A DNA stretch of 64,000 nt from Octopus sinensis (GCF_006345805.1 NC_043012.1:41540001-41604000), one strand, 5' to 3'; shown: positions 12,707 to 26,993, counted from the first letter of the stretch. Translations and numbers: made by a program. The notes: generated by a model not told the origin, from the sequence alone.

Positions 12707-14058
12707 GTACGTTTTGGACGAAGGTCCTTGTATTTTAACTTCTGTGTCTCAACACCGAAATATCGAAACACAAGGTAAAAGTAAAATCCTCTTATAAATT
12801 GCATCAGTTTTGCTTAAAAAGAATAAAATATTTATCTGTATCAGATAATACTTCATGCAAGCAGTTCCAATACAAACATACATACATACATACATACATA
12901 CATACATACATACATACATACATACATGCACAGGTCGGATATTGTTGTTTGGAACTGACAGGGAAAAGTTTCTACTATCTTGGGCGTCACTTAACTTGCT
13001 GACGTCAATATCGCTTTTAAAACGACATAGAAATAGGACAACTAAGAACAGATGCCTCCCATCCTCCAGCTTCTATATTCAGATTATGAATTCACTTTTA
13101 TAACGATGATACTGGTACACTTGGTTTTGTAAGTAAATGCCTAAGTGAAAAGCTGGGTAAGCGAGGGTTTCCAGAAAAGAAATCAACCAACTAACTCACA
13201 CTTTAAAAAGACAGTTTGTAAGCGGAACAGTAAAACTATGCAAGACTTTTATCAAGTATAAAATGTGACATTCCTGTTATATACTGAATGAACTTACTGT
13301 ATAAAGTGCTCAGGTGCACAGTTATCTACATTCCAATGATGGAGCTTTGTAGCTTTGGCACTAATCAGCTCTTTCTCTGTGAAACAATTTAAATAATTTA
13401 AAACAGACGAGAACATATATATCAGATTCAGGTTATCGCATTAAACTCGAGTAACATAAGACTGGGAATAAAGTGAAATCTATTGTAAAATTTTCAGTAA
13501 AGAATTCGCATAATAACAATATAAAACAACACACGAAATTTGAAGTCCCAGACAACTGCAGTACTACTACATATCTAAAACTTTCTGAGTTCTGTTTGTA
13601 AAATGGTTACTTTAACACTTCCTTTCCAGTTTAATAGTTCCAATTTCCCTCCATAAAAAAAGTGTTTATCTAGGATATATCTATGTACGCAGATGAAAAT
13701 TTAAGTGTTTACCTGTTACATTAACGTAGGCAGTTAATATTAAAATATTTTTTAACGCAAAATTTTAAAACCTACATTATATTTGTTGTGGCACGAAGCA
13801 AAGAATATTATGAAGAGAATGCAAAAATTTAGTTTAATATTATTTTTAAAACCAGCTTTTAAAAGCTTTCCTAAGTAAAGACCAAAGTCTCTTTAACTTG
13901 CAATTTAACTGTTCGCCGAATACGTGGTAAGCCTTTTGAGTGTAATATTTTAAACTATACTAATAGACAATACATAAAAGTTTATGTATCGTGTGTATAT
14001 ATGTGTGTGTTTATGTGTATATGTATATATATATATATATTATATATATATATATATA

Positions 14059-14117
<59 letters not shown>

Positions 14118-14299
14118 CAAATATACATACATATGCCTGTATATAAACGTATAATATATATATATATATGTAGGTATAGATATATATGTGCGTGTGTATG
14201 TATATGTATATCTACCTATATATATATATATAGAAAGAAAGAGAGATAGATAGATGGATAGATAGACAGATAGATAGAACCTGATGGAATAAGCATCAG

Positions 14300-14530
14300 G
14301 TTTACAAAGAATAAGTTGTGGGGGCGATTTGTTCGATTAAAGCGGTTCTTCAGCATGGCCGCAGTCAATTGACTGAAACAAGTAATATAATACATATTTA
14401 TATATAGGACGGGCTTCTTTCAGTTTCCATCTACAAAATCTATTCACAAGACTATGGTTTGTCCTACGCTTACAGTAGAAAACTCTTGGCAAAGAGGGTA
14501 TGCAGTCGGATTGAACCCAGAACCATGTTT
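14300..14530. mobile_element. Degenerate SINE fragments (family C 3' part on +, family B on -)
   Basis: GGGCGATTTGTTCGATTAAAGCGG..CAGCATGGCCGCAGTC..GACTGAAACAAGTAA and GACGGGCTTCTTTCAGTTTCC.TCTAC; match 30656-31097. Confidence 0.7.
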
Positions 14531-14899
14531 ACTTTTCCTCATTAATTTAACCTTTGCATGTATGTGTATTTATGTACGTGTGTGCGTGTGTGCGTGCGTG
14601 CGTGTGTGTGTGTGTGTCTGTTTGTCTGTCTGTGTGTGAGTGCGTGTGTGAGCGTGGGCGGGGTGGGTGGGTTGTTATTTACTACTTGCTGAGTATGCAT
14701 TTCATACAGCCAACATTTGTTTCCCGAAAATATATTTTTTGATTAGGAGATTCGATTTTAAGAGTATAGACTAATAGAAGATAAGTTATATGTAAGAAGT
14801 CAAACCTAATGAAGGCACTTTGAAAGCAGTTAATATGAACATCTCAGATCATTGAGTAATATTTAATAGGAAATACATTACTTATGCAAAATATATATA

Positions 14900-15055
14900 A
14901 ATGTAGTTGAACGCAGGTGTTATTCAAATTCTTTTACTTTCGACACATGTTTCGAAGATATCACTGGTATTACACCAAAGGAATAAAATGGTGTAAAACA
15001 ATGTAGTTTCTTCAGGGAAACGAAGAAATGAAACTCGTCAATAAGACATTTTAAC
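14900..15055 (-). mobile_element. PLE pseudo-LTR-like relic with decayed long-helix-II hammerhead; homologous to 45873-46030
   Basis: Minus strand TTTCC-CTGAAGA(15015-15009)...TTACACC/GGTGTAA inner stem...GAAAC-ATGT-GTC|GAAA; base of helix II disrupted. Confidence 0.5.
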
Positions 15056-15076
15056 ACAACAAGGGAAAATACCCAC

Positions 15077-15152
<76 letters not shown>

Positions 15153-15153
15153 C

Positions 15154-15191
<38 letters not shown>

Positions 15192-15221
15192 CATCCATCT
15201 ATCTATCTATCTATCTATCTA

Positions 15222-15300
<79 letters not shown>

Positions 15301-15706
15301 CAAGGGTACGTACGTCGCTATATATATATATATAATATAATATATATATATATACAAAAAGGGACAAGAAGGCAAAACATTCAGAAGACGATACAAAAAA
15401 ACTCGAACGGGTCATTTGAAGCCTTCAATCTTCAGTCAAGAACCGGATCATCCTCGCAATTTCGGCTGATTAATCTTGAGATTGCTCCAATCTGGCCAGC
15501 CCTTAGGAAAAAGTAAGCTAAGTGCATTGGATTCCTTGGAAAAAAAGCTTCGAATTTATACAAAACAAGGACGGAAAAACGAACGATGTTACACGAATAT
15601 GAATACAAGACTAATACGAAAAAACAATAATGATAATAATAATAATAACAATAACAGGACATCACAACCGGTGTCTTTCGACTTGGATGAATTGAACTCA
15701 GCTGGC

Positions 15707-15751
<45 letters not shown>

Positions 15752-16486
15752 CATAAATGCATCAATATTTAGCAAAAAAGCTACTTAGTGACTCAAGGGG
15801 CAATAGTTTCGTGCCTTAGCACTTTTCAAACTATTTAAAATATACATAAATATTCCTCTTGTTCTGTAATCGTTATGATTGCCATATTGCGATGTTTAGC
15901 ACACCTTCTTTCGAAACAAACTGTTTGGGTTTGGTTTGATATCCGTTTCTTTTATGCAACGTGACATCTCGTATATAAGTTAGGAAGAGTAAAACGCAGT
16001 ATGTGGCAGAATGGAAATTATGTAACACCATGTAAGGGAAATTATGTTTTCCCTCGTTTTCAATAAGAACGGCAAAAATATCAAAAAATCCGAGGCAGTA
16101 CATATCGCACTAACTGACAGCTAAGTCAGGAAGTCCACTGCGCCCTTCAGAATGAAAAAAATATTAATATGGCTGCCATTACTGATATAAGCCAAGATTT
16201 GACACGTAAATTTATCCTGCAGGAATTTGCTAAACGTTGTACATGGCATTGGAACATTGCGACTGTAAAAAAGGAAAACGTTAAATGATCGAGATATATT
16301 TATAGCTATCAGAACATGCCACCCGAAGACGTTCGGATAAGAATGATGAAAAGGAAGTGCAAAAACTTGACATGTAATTGATGAGTAAAATATTTTATAC
16401 TACGTTTGCAAAATCTCAATCTGCGATATTTACGTTACGATTCACAATCATCGTTTTCTATCGCACTCTGACTCTAATGATGTTAG

Positions 16487-16551
16487 GTCGGCGCTAACGA
16501 TGTCTTCATCTATCTGATGTCTTGCCATTTTGAGGGTGCGTGTGAGGAACG
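16487..16551 (+). CDS. Candidate internal exon (65 nt; VGANDVFIYLMSCHFEGACEE)
   Basis: Acceptor ..CTGACTCTAATGATGTTAG|, donor ACG|GTAAGT, only frame 0 open. Confidence 0.2.
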
Positions 16552-16920
16552 GTAAGTTCTATTTCAGTTTCGATTGTTGAACACTGCAATTTTACTTTTG
16601 AAAGGTTTAATGGGGAATGAGAGAGAGTGAGAGCGTTTGTTGCACCTTGTAAACACGTATGACCTAGAGTTAAGGGTCTGCAAGCACGACCTGAACCATC
16701 GTAGTTTCAATTCCCAAACGGGGCAGTGCCCTATGCTCTGCACCCGAAAATTCATTTTACGTTGCTTCAATTCTGTGATGAACTGATGTCATATTCAACA
16801 ATAGTAAGGTGATTCCAATCATTTATATGCCATGGAAATCATGGAACCAGTCATATGAGTCATAGAAAGCGAGACAGTAGTATTATATCGCTTCGATGTT
16901 GGCATCATTACCAAAAGGCA

Positions 16921-17131
16921 AGGCAGCGAGCTAGAAAGAATCGTTAGCACTCTGGACAAAATGCTTCATAGCATTTTGCCTGTCTGCGTTCTGAGTTCAA
17001 ATTCCGCCAAGGTCGAATTTGCCTTTCATCCTTTCGAGGTCGATGAAATAAGTAGCAGTCAAGCGCTGGAGTCGATGTAATCGACTTAGGCCCTCCCCAA
17101 AATTTCAGTCCTTGTACCTATAGTAGAAAGG
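16921..17131 (+). mobile_element. tRNA-derived SINE (family A) with (ATT)n tail
   Basis: GGC.GCGAGCT..AGAATCGTTAGCAC head; GAGTTCAAATTCCGCC B-box; core GTCGA.TTTGCCTTTCATCCTTTCG.GGTCGAT.AAA; tail TAGTAGAAAGGATTATT. Confidence 0.85.
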
Positions 17132-17152
17132 ATTATTATTATTATTATTATT

Positions 17153-17676
17153 CAGTAGTTTTATTTTTATAGCGTGCTTTCACTTCACTACCGAGCGCAG
17201 CTCTGTGTGCCTTGGGTATGTGCTGTGATTTGTTGTGATGCTCTGATGGTTATTGTATGGAATGTGTTCTGCGTAGGATGTGTGCAGTGCCTAGTAGTGC
17301 AATTTTCTGTATGTTATATGTGTTTGTAAGTCCTGGTGTTTTTGTTATGTATTTGTCTGAATATTTTTTTATCATGCCTAATGCACCTACTATGATAGGA
17401 ATTGTTTCTGTTTTCAGATTTCACATTCTGTTTACCTCTATTTCCAGGTCTTTGTATTTTGAGAGTTTCTCCATTTCTTTTAGAGACACGTTGTCATCTG
17501 CCGGTATTGATACATCAATTAGAAAGCATTTTTTTTCTTCATGATCTCTGACAACTATATCTGGTCTGTTGGCCTTAATTTCTCTATCTGTGTGTATCGG
17601 CATATCCCAGAATATGGTTGCTTTCTCGTTTTCTGTGACCTTTTCTGGTGTGTGCCTATACCATCTTTTTTCTGTT
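17153..17676 (-). mobile_element. R4/Dong LINE 3' fragment (restriction-like endonuclease + 3' UTR) inside a (TAA)n array
   Basis: PIHTDREIKANRPDIVVRDHEEKKCFLIDVSIPADDNVSLKEMEKLSKYKDLEIE (PD..D..K RLE motif); near-identical to 22361-22880; flanked by TAA runs on both sides. Confidence 0.92.
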
Positions 17677-17699
17677 ATTATTATTATTATTATTATTAC

Positions 17700-17739
<40 letters not shown>

Positions 17740-17769
17740 TATTATTATTATTATTATTATTATTCCTTC

Positions 17770-18240
17770 GTAAACACCGAGTAGGTAATAATGCACCGGA
17801 GACTTTAGTCGTCTGCCAAGTCACAACAAGGACCTCAGGCAGTTAATACTTTCTTGAAGATGTGCGCTGTGGCCAATACGACATGGGAATTCCAGTTGCT
17901 TAACGAAGTCTTGAAGTTCCAATGGGATTCGGCTCAACGTTTCGATCACCACTGGTACCACTTCTCCATTACCCACTCGCATTCCATACATTCTTGCCAT
18001 TTCCACTTTCAATTCGGAGTAACTGGTGATTTGTTCAACCTCTTTACTTACAACTTTCCTGTCATTAGGTATGGCTACATTGATGTAGCCATACCAAACA
18101 TGATTCGTCTCACTTATTCAATATGACAATATCCGGCAGACGGCGTTTGATTACACGATCCATCTGTAAAGCATAATCCCAGAGTATCGTTACTTTTCCA
18201 TCCTCCCGCATGACTTTACTTGGTATATGTTCATACCAGT
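17770..18240 (-). pseudogene. R4/Dong LINE RLE-domain fragment, second subfamily
   Basis: NWYEHIPSKV..TILWDYALQMDRVIKRRLPDIVILNK..VAIPND..LKVEMARMY..VVPVVI; broken by an 11-nt inverted insertion. Confidence 0.8.
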
Positions 18241-18262
18241 TCTCTGTTACTTCATATTGGTG

Positions 18263-18710
<448 letters not shown>

Positions 18711-19384
18711 CGACTCCGAAAGGTTGAAAGGCAAAGGTCGACTTTGCCTTTCATCCTGTCGGAGAGGAATTTTCTTGATGCAATACCTTGGTCATTCGTG
18801 ACTGAATGGGGGTCTTTATGCTTTACCCAAAATACCCAGCAGTGAAAACGGAGCTGGAAGTACGTACTTATACGACGAACTGTTTTCACTATACGACCTT
18901 TGATACGACCTTATACAAAAAAAAAACAAAGCAAAATCCAAACGCAAATCTAAATTCACGTGTTTCTAGAGATTAGAGTTCAAAATCATAAAATGTTCGT
19001 GTGAAGTGTAACAGAAACAACTGAGATTACAAAAAGCAAAATCGCCAACAACCAGAACAGTAATGCAATGCTTTATATCGTAACGACGTGAGATGAACAC
19101 CCCATAAAACTTGGCTGATTCACCCAACAATATTAAAGATGGCATTAATGAACCAATAAATTTTAAACTTAACACTCCGATTTCTTCTCCATATTCTTCT
19201 TCTATGGATATCCTCTTCTTCATTTGCGATTCTACTTCAATATCTTCCTTTTTGTATTGTTTCTTCCATTTCTTTCGCTGTTTCTTTGCTTTTTTTTTTT
19301 TCTTTTGGTTTTCTTCATTTTATTCTTTTTCCTCTCCAGCCTCATCATCTACCTTCAACGTTCTCTGCTTCCTTCTTCTACTTC

Positions 19385-19385
19385 T

Positions 19386-19417
<32 letters not shown>

Positions 19418-19523
19418 ACTACTACTACTACTACTAATAATAATAATAATATAATAATATAATAATATAATAATAATAATGATGATAATAATGATAATAA
19501 TAATGATAATAATAATAATAATA

Positions 19524-19601
<78 letters not shown>

Positions 19602-19626
19602 TAATAATAATAATAATAATAATAAG
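19385..19626. repeat. (CTA)n/(TAA)n array
   Basis: Direct reading. Confidence 0.95.
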
Positions 19627-20139
19627 GCGAGATCTACTTTTTGATACTGTACTTCCCAACTTCAGATGTGTAAGATCATTGTGTGGCATCGACGGGCAGA
19701 ATGATGATAATGATTATAAAATGATGACGACGACGACGACAATGATGATGATGAGGAGGAGGACGAGGAGGAGGATGAGCTTTTCTACTACGAGCAGACG
19801 TTCCCGTAGTTGGGGACCTTCTGAAATGTTGGGGGCGGGGTGAGATTAGTGGATTACCATCGAGCTCAGTGCTTAAAGAGCTACAAGAAATCCCGCTAAC
19901 CATTTTGCCTGCAGCGTAGCTATGTATGTATATATATATATATATCGAGAGAGATAAATAAATAGATAGATAGGTAGATAGAACATATCTACATATGTGT
20001 GCTTGTGTAAATATTTATATGTAAATATACATAATATATATGAATATGTGTGTGTGTGTTTGAGTGTGTGTTTGTGAGTGTGCGTGTGTGTGTGTGCGTG
20101 TGTGTGTGCGTGTGAATGTGCGTGGGTTTATATTTAGAG

Positions 20140-20357
20140 CATTCGGCTCACGACCGTTCGTGAGTTTGGTTACCTTTAACAAGGCACATCTTTCACCTTG
20201 CCAATTTGCCGAACTCTGGATTACGCGAAATATCCCTGAGAACTACATTGCGGATAAGCGTGTTTTTGAAGTGGTCAACCACTTGCACGTTAATTTAACA
20301 AGCGGGCTGTTCCGTTGATCGGATCAACTATCCACGCGTCATTGTTCCCGACAGAGT
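20140..20357 (+). mobile_element. Degenerate 3' part of SINE family D
   Basis: AATATCCCTGAGAACTAC..CACTTGCACGTTAATTT..GCTGTTCCGTTGATCGGATCAAC matches the reverse complement of 10012-10150. Confidence 0.7.
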
Positions 20358-20882
20358 GCCAGTATACATACATACATACATGCATACATACATTTGTGTA
20401 TCATTTCTTCGTTTATTTTCCGTCCTTGTTTTCGTATACATTCACCGCTTTCTTCCAAGGTATCTAGTGCGTTTAGCTTAGACTTCCTTTGGGGCTGGCC
20501 AGATTAGAGCAATTTCGAGTATAACCAACCGAAATTGCAAAGATAATCTGGAACTCAACCGAGGAAATAAAACACCAAATGACCGGTCCTTGTTTTTTCT
20601 TGTCCCAAATTTGTATCATCTAACTGTTTGGCTGTTTTGCGTTCTTAACCCAATTTTTGCATTCCTTTTTACTTACATATGGCGCCGTACGTACAATTAA
20701 ATTGCGGAGAAATTAAATGAAATATTTTTTAAAAAACGTTTTCCATAGTTTTCGAATGCAAGAGACATTTTCCATTTTTTTGTGTCTGTCTCTGTCTCTC
20801 TTTTTTTACTCTTGTGAATTCTAGGTAGTTGGTAGCATCTGCTAGTAGTTTGGTATGAATTCTTGTCTTTGATTGTGTGTTT

Positions 20883-20934
<52 letters not shown>

Positions 20935-21666
20935 CAGTGTGTGTGTGTGTGTGTGTGTTGTGTGTGTGTGTGTGTGTGTGTGTGTAGGGGCTTTACGTAG
21001 CAATTTTCGTCAGTGCATGCAAGGGGGTTCTCTCGTTCTCAGTGTTTCTCACTTTTTAGAAGTAGAAACGTTTTATTCAGGAACCATTTCGTCCATTTTA
21101 AGCTTCGGATTCCCATTGGCCCTTTTCTCTTTCTCTCTTCCATCTTCCTGAAATCTTATTATTGACATTCGTCTCTTATTTTTTTCTTTTATTATTTATT
21201 TAATTTCTTTATCTTTCACTCGAACAATAACAAAAATAATTGTCCTTTCTTCACATTCTTCAAACATTTTCTTCTTCCTTTTATCTCACCACATACACAC
21301 GTGGTGATGCGCATTCAATTTTCAATCATTCTCCGTAGTATACGAAACCGTATCTCTTCATCATTCGCTGAGTTTGTCTTTTTGTTTTACGCATATCGAA
21401 CGATCTTCTCCGGAAAGTAATGGCAGTTTAAGCGCTGTCTTGATACATTGCGTTTTTTCTTTTCTCATTAGATAATTAGTCATTTGATTTTTTTTTGTGT
21501 TTGTTGGGTTTATTTGAAATTTAGTATATTATTTTGACAGAGAAAAACCTACCATTAGATAACGCGGCAGCTGTTTGGAATGAAGATTCCTCGGTTTGGT
21601 TCGGTACACATTATCATTGAACGCTTACATTCGCAATCAACACATGTTCAAAATGATTACAGTAGA

Positions 21667-21704
<38 letters not shown>

Positions 21705-21728
21705 AACTACTACTACTACTACTACTTC

Positions 21729-21765
<37 letters not shown>

Positions 21766-21907
21766 AACAACAACAGCAACAACAATAATGAGAGGAAGAT
21801 GAATAAGATGATGATGATTCTACATGATCATATTCCTGTTGTAATCATCAACATCAACATCAACATCATCATCATCATTATCATCATCATCATCATAATT
21901 ATTATTA

Positions 21908-21952
<45 letters not shown>

Positions 21953-21972
21953 CATCATCATCATCATCGTTG

Positions 21973-22181
21973 AGGCGACGAGCTGGCAGAATGGTTAGCA
22001 CGCCGGACGAAATGCAAAGCGGTAATTTGCCCGTCGCTACGTTCAGGGTTCAAATCCGCCGAGCTCGATTTTGCTTTTCCTGCCTTCGGGGTCGATAAAT
22101 TAACTACCAGTTGAATGCTGGGGTCGATATGATCGACTGTTCTCCCCTCAATGACCAGGCCTTGTGTCTATAATAGAAAGG
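21973..22181 (+). mobile_element. SINE family A with long (ATT/ATC)n tail (22182-22360)
   Basis: Same head, core and tail motifs as 16921-17131. Confidence 0.85.
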
Positions 22182-22218
22182 ATTATTTTTATTATCATTA
22201 TTATTATTATCATCATCA

Positions 22219-22288
<70 letters not shown>

Positions 22289-22311
22289 CATCATCATTAT
22301 TATTATTATTA

Positions 22312-22360
<49 letters not shown>

Positions 22361-22363
<3 letters not shown>

Positions 22364-24143
22364 TAGTTTTATTTTTATAGCGTGCTTTCACTTCACTACC
22401 GAGCGCAGCTCTGTGTGCCTTGGGTATATGCTGTGATTTGTTGTGATGCTCTGATGGTTATTGTATGGAAAGTGTTCTGCGTAGGATGTGTGTAGTGCCT
22501 AGTAGTGCAATTTTCTGTATGGTATATGCGTTTGTAAGCTCTGGTGTTTTTGTTATGTGTTTGTCTGAATATTTTTTTATCATGCCTAATTCATCTATTA
22601 TGATAGGAATTGTTTCTGTTTTTAGATTCCACATTCTAGTTACCTCTATTTCCAGGTCTTTGTATTTTGAAAGTCTCTCCATTTCTTTTAGAGACACGTT
22701 GTCATCTGCTGGTATTGATACATCAATTAGAAAGCATTTTTTTCTTCATGATCTCTGACAACTATATCTGGTCTGTTGGCCTTAATTTCTCTATCTGTGT
22801 GTATCGGCATATCTCAGAGTATGGTTGCTTTCTCGCTTTCTGTGACATTTTCTGGTGTGTGCCTATACCATCTTTTTTCTGTTGTTATTCCATAATGTTG
22901 GCATAGCTTCCCAAGTGTATGTAGGTCTCAACTCTGTCGTGTCTGTGAATATATTCCTTCTTAGCCAGGACTGGGCAGCCAGAGATAATATGATTTATTG
23001 TTTCTTGTCCATCTCCACATATTCTGCAGTTACTTGTAATATTTCTTTTCATTACATGTTTTTGGTAATTTCTAGTGGGGAGGCTTTGGTGTTGTGCTGC
23101 AGTTAAATATCCCTTTGTCTCTGCTTTGAGTCCTGAGCTTCTCAACCATTGTTGGGATTTTTCTTTGTCTATTTCTTTTGCATTTAGTTTAGTCCAGTAT
23201 TTGCCACGAAGGGGCTTTTCTTGCCATCGTTTTATCATGGTTCGTTGCTGTTCTAGTTTTAGTTTGGATTTCATTTGTTTTATAGCTTTTGTTGTTTCTT
23301 CATCTTCTTCTTCATATTTGTTAGGTGGTATGATTTCTTGTTTGTATTTGTCAGCTTCCTTAAATACTGAGAACAGTTTCTGTTTTGCTCGTGTTTTGCC
23401 GCTATTTGTATCAATTTTCCTTCCTTCCGAAGTAGATATTTTTGCAGTCCTATGGTGGTTATTTTATAGTAGTTTTCCAGCTGTATAAGGCCTCTACCAC
23501 CTTCTATACGTTGTATATATAGCCTTTCTATGTCAGATTTTGGGTGATGTATCCTAGATCCTGTCATTATTTTTCTTGTTTTCCTATCTATTTTGGTCAG
23601 TTCATTTAGTGTCCAGTTAAGGATATTGTAGCTGTAACTTATAAGTGGGACGGCTAAAGTGTTAATACCCATTGTCTTGTTTTTAGCATTGAGCTCTGTT
23701 TTTAGTATTGATCTAACTCGTCTATAATATTCTTTTTTTATTTTCTCTTTCGTTTGTGTGTGTTGTGTCTTATCTAGTTCATGGATTCTTAAGTATTTGT
23801 AAGTTTGGCTTTGGTCTAATTCTTTTATTTCATTGGTTTTTTCTAGTGTGATGTTGTTACTCTTAGCTAGTTTTCCTCTTTTCATGGTTACTTTGGCGCA
23901 TTTTTCTAATCCAAATTTCATATCTATTTCTTTTGTAATCCATGAACTGTCTTTAATAGTGTTTCCAGCTGTTTGTCATTTGCAGCGTATAGTTTTAGGT
24001 CATCCATATATAAAAGGTGGCTGATCGTTTTGCCGTATCATTTATATCCGCATCCAGTTCTATTTAGCATATCAGATAGGGGTGACAGTGCCAAGCAGAA
24101 AACGTGTGGAGAGAGCGTGTCTTCCTCTTCTAATAGGGATGGC
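22361..24143 (-). mobile_element. 5'-truncated R4/Dong-clade non-LTR retrotransposon (RT domains 4-7, CCHC, RLE, 3' UTR); pseudogenised
   Basis: AIPIRRG-DTLSPHVFCLALSPLS, ISHLLYMDDLKLYA (YMDD near 24001-24012), MKFGLEKCA, YKYL, CRICGDGQETINHIISGC, IDVSIPADDNVSLKE.E.LSKYKDLEIE, QKIALLGT.HILRRTL; ends in AAAATAAAACTACTG then (AAT)n; short (TAA)n at the 5' junction. Confidence 0.95.
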
Positions 24144-24160
24144 TTATTATTATTATTATT

Positions 24161-25625
24161 GCTATACGGTTTCACCGTTTTGTCCACAGATTCTACACTT
24201 ATCACTTTCTGATGTGTTCTCTATTCTGTATTTTATGTAGTTTGTTCTTAGTGCTTGCTCTTGGGCAGCACAGATTAGAGCCTCCGTTTCCGGTTTTAGT
24301 CATCCACAGCCATCTTTTTTCTCTGTCCGTCTTATCTTCAATATCCCTATGAAATTGTCCTGGCGTTCTTTTCTTTACCTAACTATTTTCAGTTTTATTC
24401 GTTTTCAAGTTCTTGTATAGTGCTTTATCTTTGCAATCTTTCATCTTACACAAACCTGACATTCCTACTTCTAATAATAGCGGTACTGTGACATTTTTTG
24501 CATACCATGCTATATTGTTTTCTTCTGCTCTAATTCTGTGTTCACATCCAATAAATCCTCTTGCCCCTCTTTTTATTGGTGCATATAGTGTGTCTGTCAC
24601 CTTTTGGGTGAAGTGACCCATATCTAGTTAGCAACTTCCTTGTCTTTCTGTCTAAGCTGTTTAGTTCGTCTACTGTCCATGTGATTACTCCTGCTCCATA
24701 TCTAAGGAGTGAAACCACCCAGGTGTTGATAGCTTCAATCTTATTCCGTCCGTTTAATTTCGACTTAAGGATCAGTTTCAGTCTGCGCAAGTACGCCAGC
24801 TTAAATTTTTCTGTCATTTCTTTCTCCATCAATTTATCCATTTCCAAAATCCCCAAGTACATATAACCCGTCTCTACAATCTGCTTCATAACCCCACCCC
24901 CCGACGGTATCGTTAGCCCATACATTTGATTTTGCCTCTCTTCAAGACTAACACACCACACTTTCTTAGTTCGAACTCCATTCTGATATCAACGAGGGAA
25001 CTGACTTGGGCTTCAATCTTTACAATAAAGTTTGAGTTCATCCATGAATAGCAAATGGTTGACTTTGTGCCGGCGGCTTTTGAATACATACCCAGCCTTT
25101 GGTGTCCTCAGAATCAGTGTCAGTGGTATCAAGCACAATACAAAGATCAGTGGGAACAGGCAGTCCCGTTAGAAGATGCCCCTCCTAATTTCTACTGCCC
25201 CAACACTTCTTCCGTATGCTGTCAGGTCCGTCCTCCAATTCGCCATACTTTTTCCAAACAATCGCTCAATATTCGATGCAATCCCGAACAGATTCATGCA
25301 TTCCATAATCCAAGAATGTGGGATCATATCGTACGTCTTACGAGAATCGATCCATGACATGACTAAATTACTTTTCCTCCTTTTGCAATCTCTGAGTACA
25401 GTTTTGTCTGTCAGGAGTTGATCCTTGGTACCTCTGCATTTACGTTGGCAAACCCTTCTGCTCATGTGGCAGGACTTTCATTGTTTTTCAGGCGCAACAC
25501 TCTCCTACCCAATGTCAACCACTCTGGTATTCCTTGGTCGGCATTTAACAAGGTGTTGAGTTGCGCAGTTAATCGTGCATGACATTCACCAAATCTTTTG
25601 ATCCAGTAGCCTTGAACTTCATCAG
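24161..25625 (-). pseudogene. Older, diverged R4/Dong RT fragment directly upstream of the younger copy
   Basis: GPDEVQGYWIKRF-like near 25600; [30 protein letters not shown]; EIRRGIF; YLGILE..YLRRLKLILKSKLNGRNKIEAINTW; many frameshifts. Confidence 0.88.
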
Positions 25626-26907
25626 GTCTTGGGGGGGGCTTTCCATTTGCTCATTATTCTGCAGAGGGAGAGAGAGGGAGAGGGGGAGACAGAAGGGGGG
25701 AGAGAGAAATACATATATACATATACTGTTTCTGGGTCTCTTATGTTGCGATTACATTGATAAATATCGCGTTGGGTTCATGCCGCCTCTACCTCAACTT
25801 TTCCTCCTCCCACTCTTCCCACACCAAACTGGCCATCTCCTACTTCCAGTCCCTCCGACTCTGTGACCAGTGTTTCGAGACTCAAACCCAATACCAGGGT
25901 TCGGCTTTGAATTCCTTCTATAATCTTCAAAAGTGCTATTAATACCGAGTTGTTTTTGCCGGATAATCCGCCCTAACATGTTAATTCGGTGAGTAGGAAT
26001 TTAGATTATCATACAACTCAATACTCATCGTATATGCAGACGGAGAACCCATCGTTTATCCAGAAACTGAAAACTTCCACAGCTTTAACGAAAATGGTGG
26101 AAACTTGAAGAAATGGGAAGAGTGAAGCCTCGAGAAAGTCAACAAAAACCCATCAATGTACAAACAAATAAACAAACACATAAAATAAAACGGTAAGACA
26201 AAAACAAACATAAAATCCGCGAAAAGATAGAAAAAAAAGAACATATGAACTGAAAATGGGAATAAATTTAACATAAATAAAGCAAGATTCCAGTTAGAAT
26301 TTTATGTAAAAATAAAAATGAAGTTATGAAAGCATGTCACCCCTTTTGTGGAGAGAAAAATTGCTATTAAAGTTTTTTAAAAAGTAACCGTGAAAATATT
26401 AAAGGAATCTAAAACAATATTTGTTGTGTTTAAGTGGAAATATTTTAACCAATCCCTATGCAGGAAAATGAAGAACAAAAAAGCTATTTTTGCATGAATG
26501 CTTAAATTCAAGGTTTACGTTTTCTCCTACGTACACTTTCTGAAGCCGAGGGAAAATAGAGAATTCTCCGTAGTTCTGAACATTTAAAACGGGTATTATC
26601 ATACTTATTCTCGTTGCTGTTGTTATTGTTGTTGTTATGAATTCCTTATTAGTGTAACTGTTATATAACCAGCTGAATTTCTTTATTATTATTTTTTTTT
26701 TTTGCATTAAGTAAACGATACTTTTAAAGTGAAAGAAAATAAATACTTTATGCGCAGATGTCTGTATTTCTTCAGGCTTACAAAATTGGAGATGGCTTTT
26801 ACATTCCTCACTTCCAAATATCGTGTTCACAAACACACACAAACGTGCACGTACATTCACACAAATACACAGAGGTTTGTGTGGGTATGTATACCTATAT
26901 TTATGAA

Positions 26908-26993
<86 letters not shown>

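Noticed and set aside
25600-25630. CTGATGA on the minus strand
   Set aside because: Lies in R4 RT coding sequence (PDEV); no GAAA or helices
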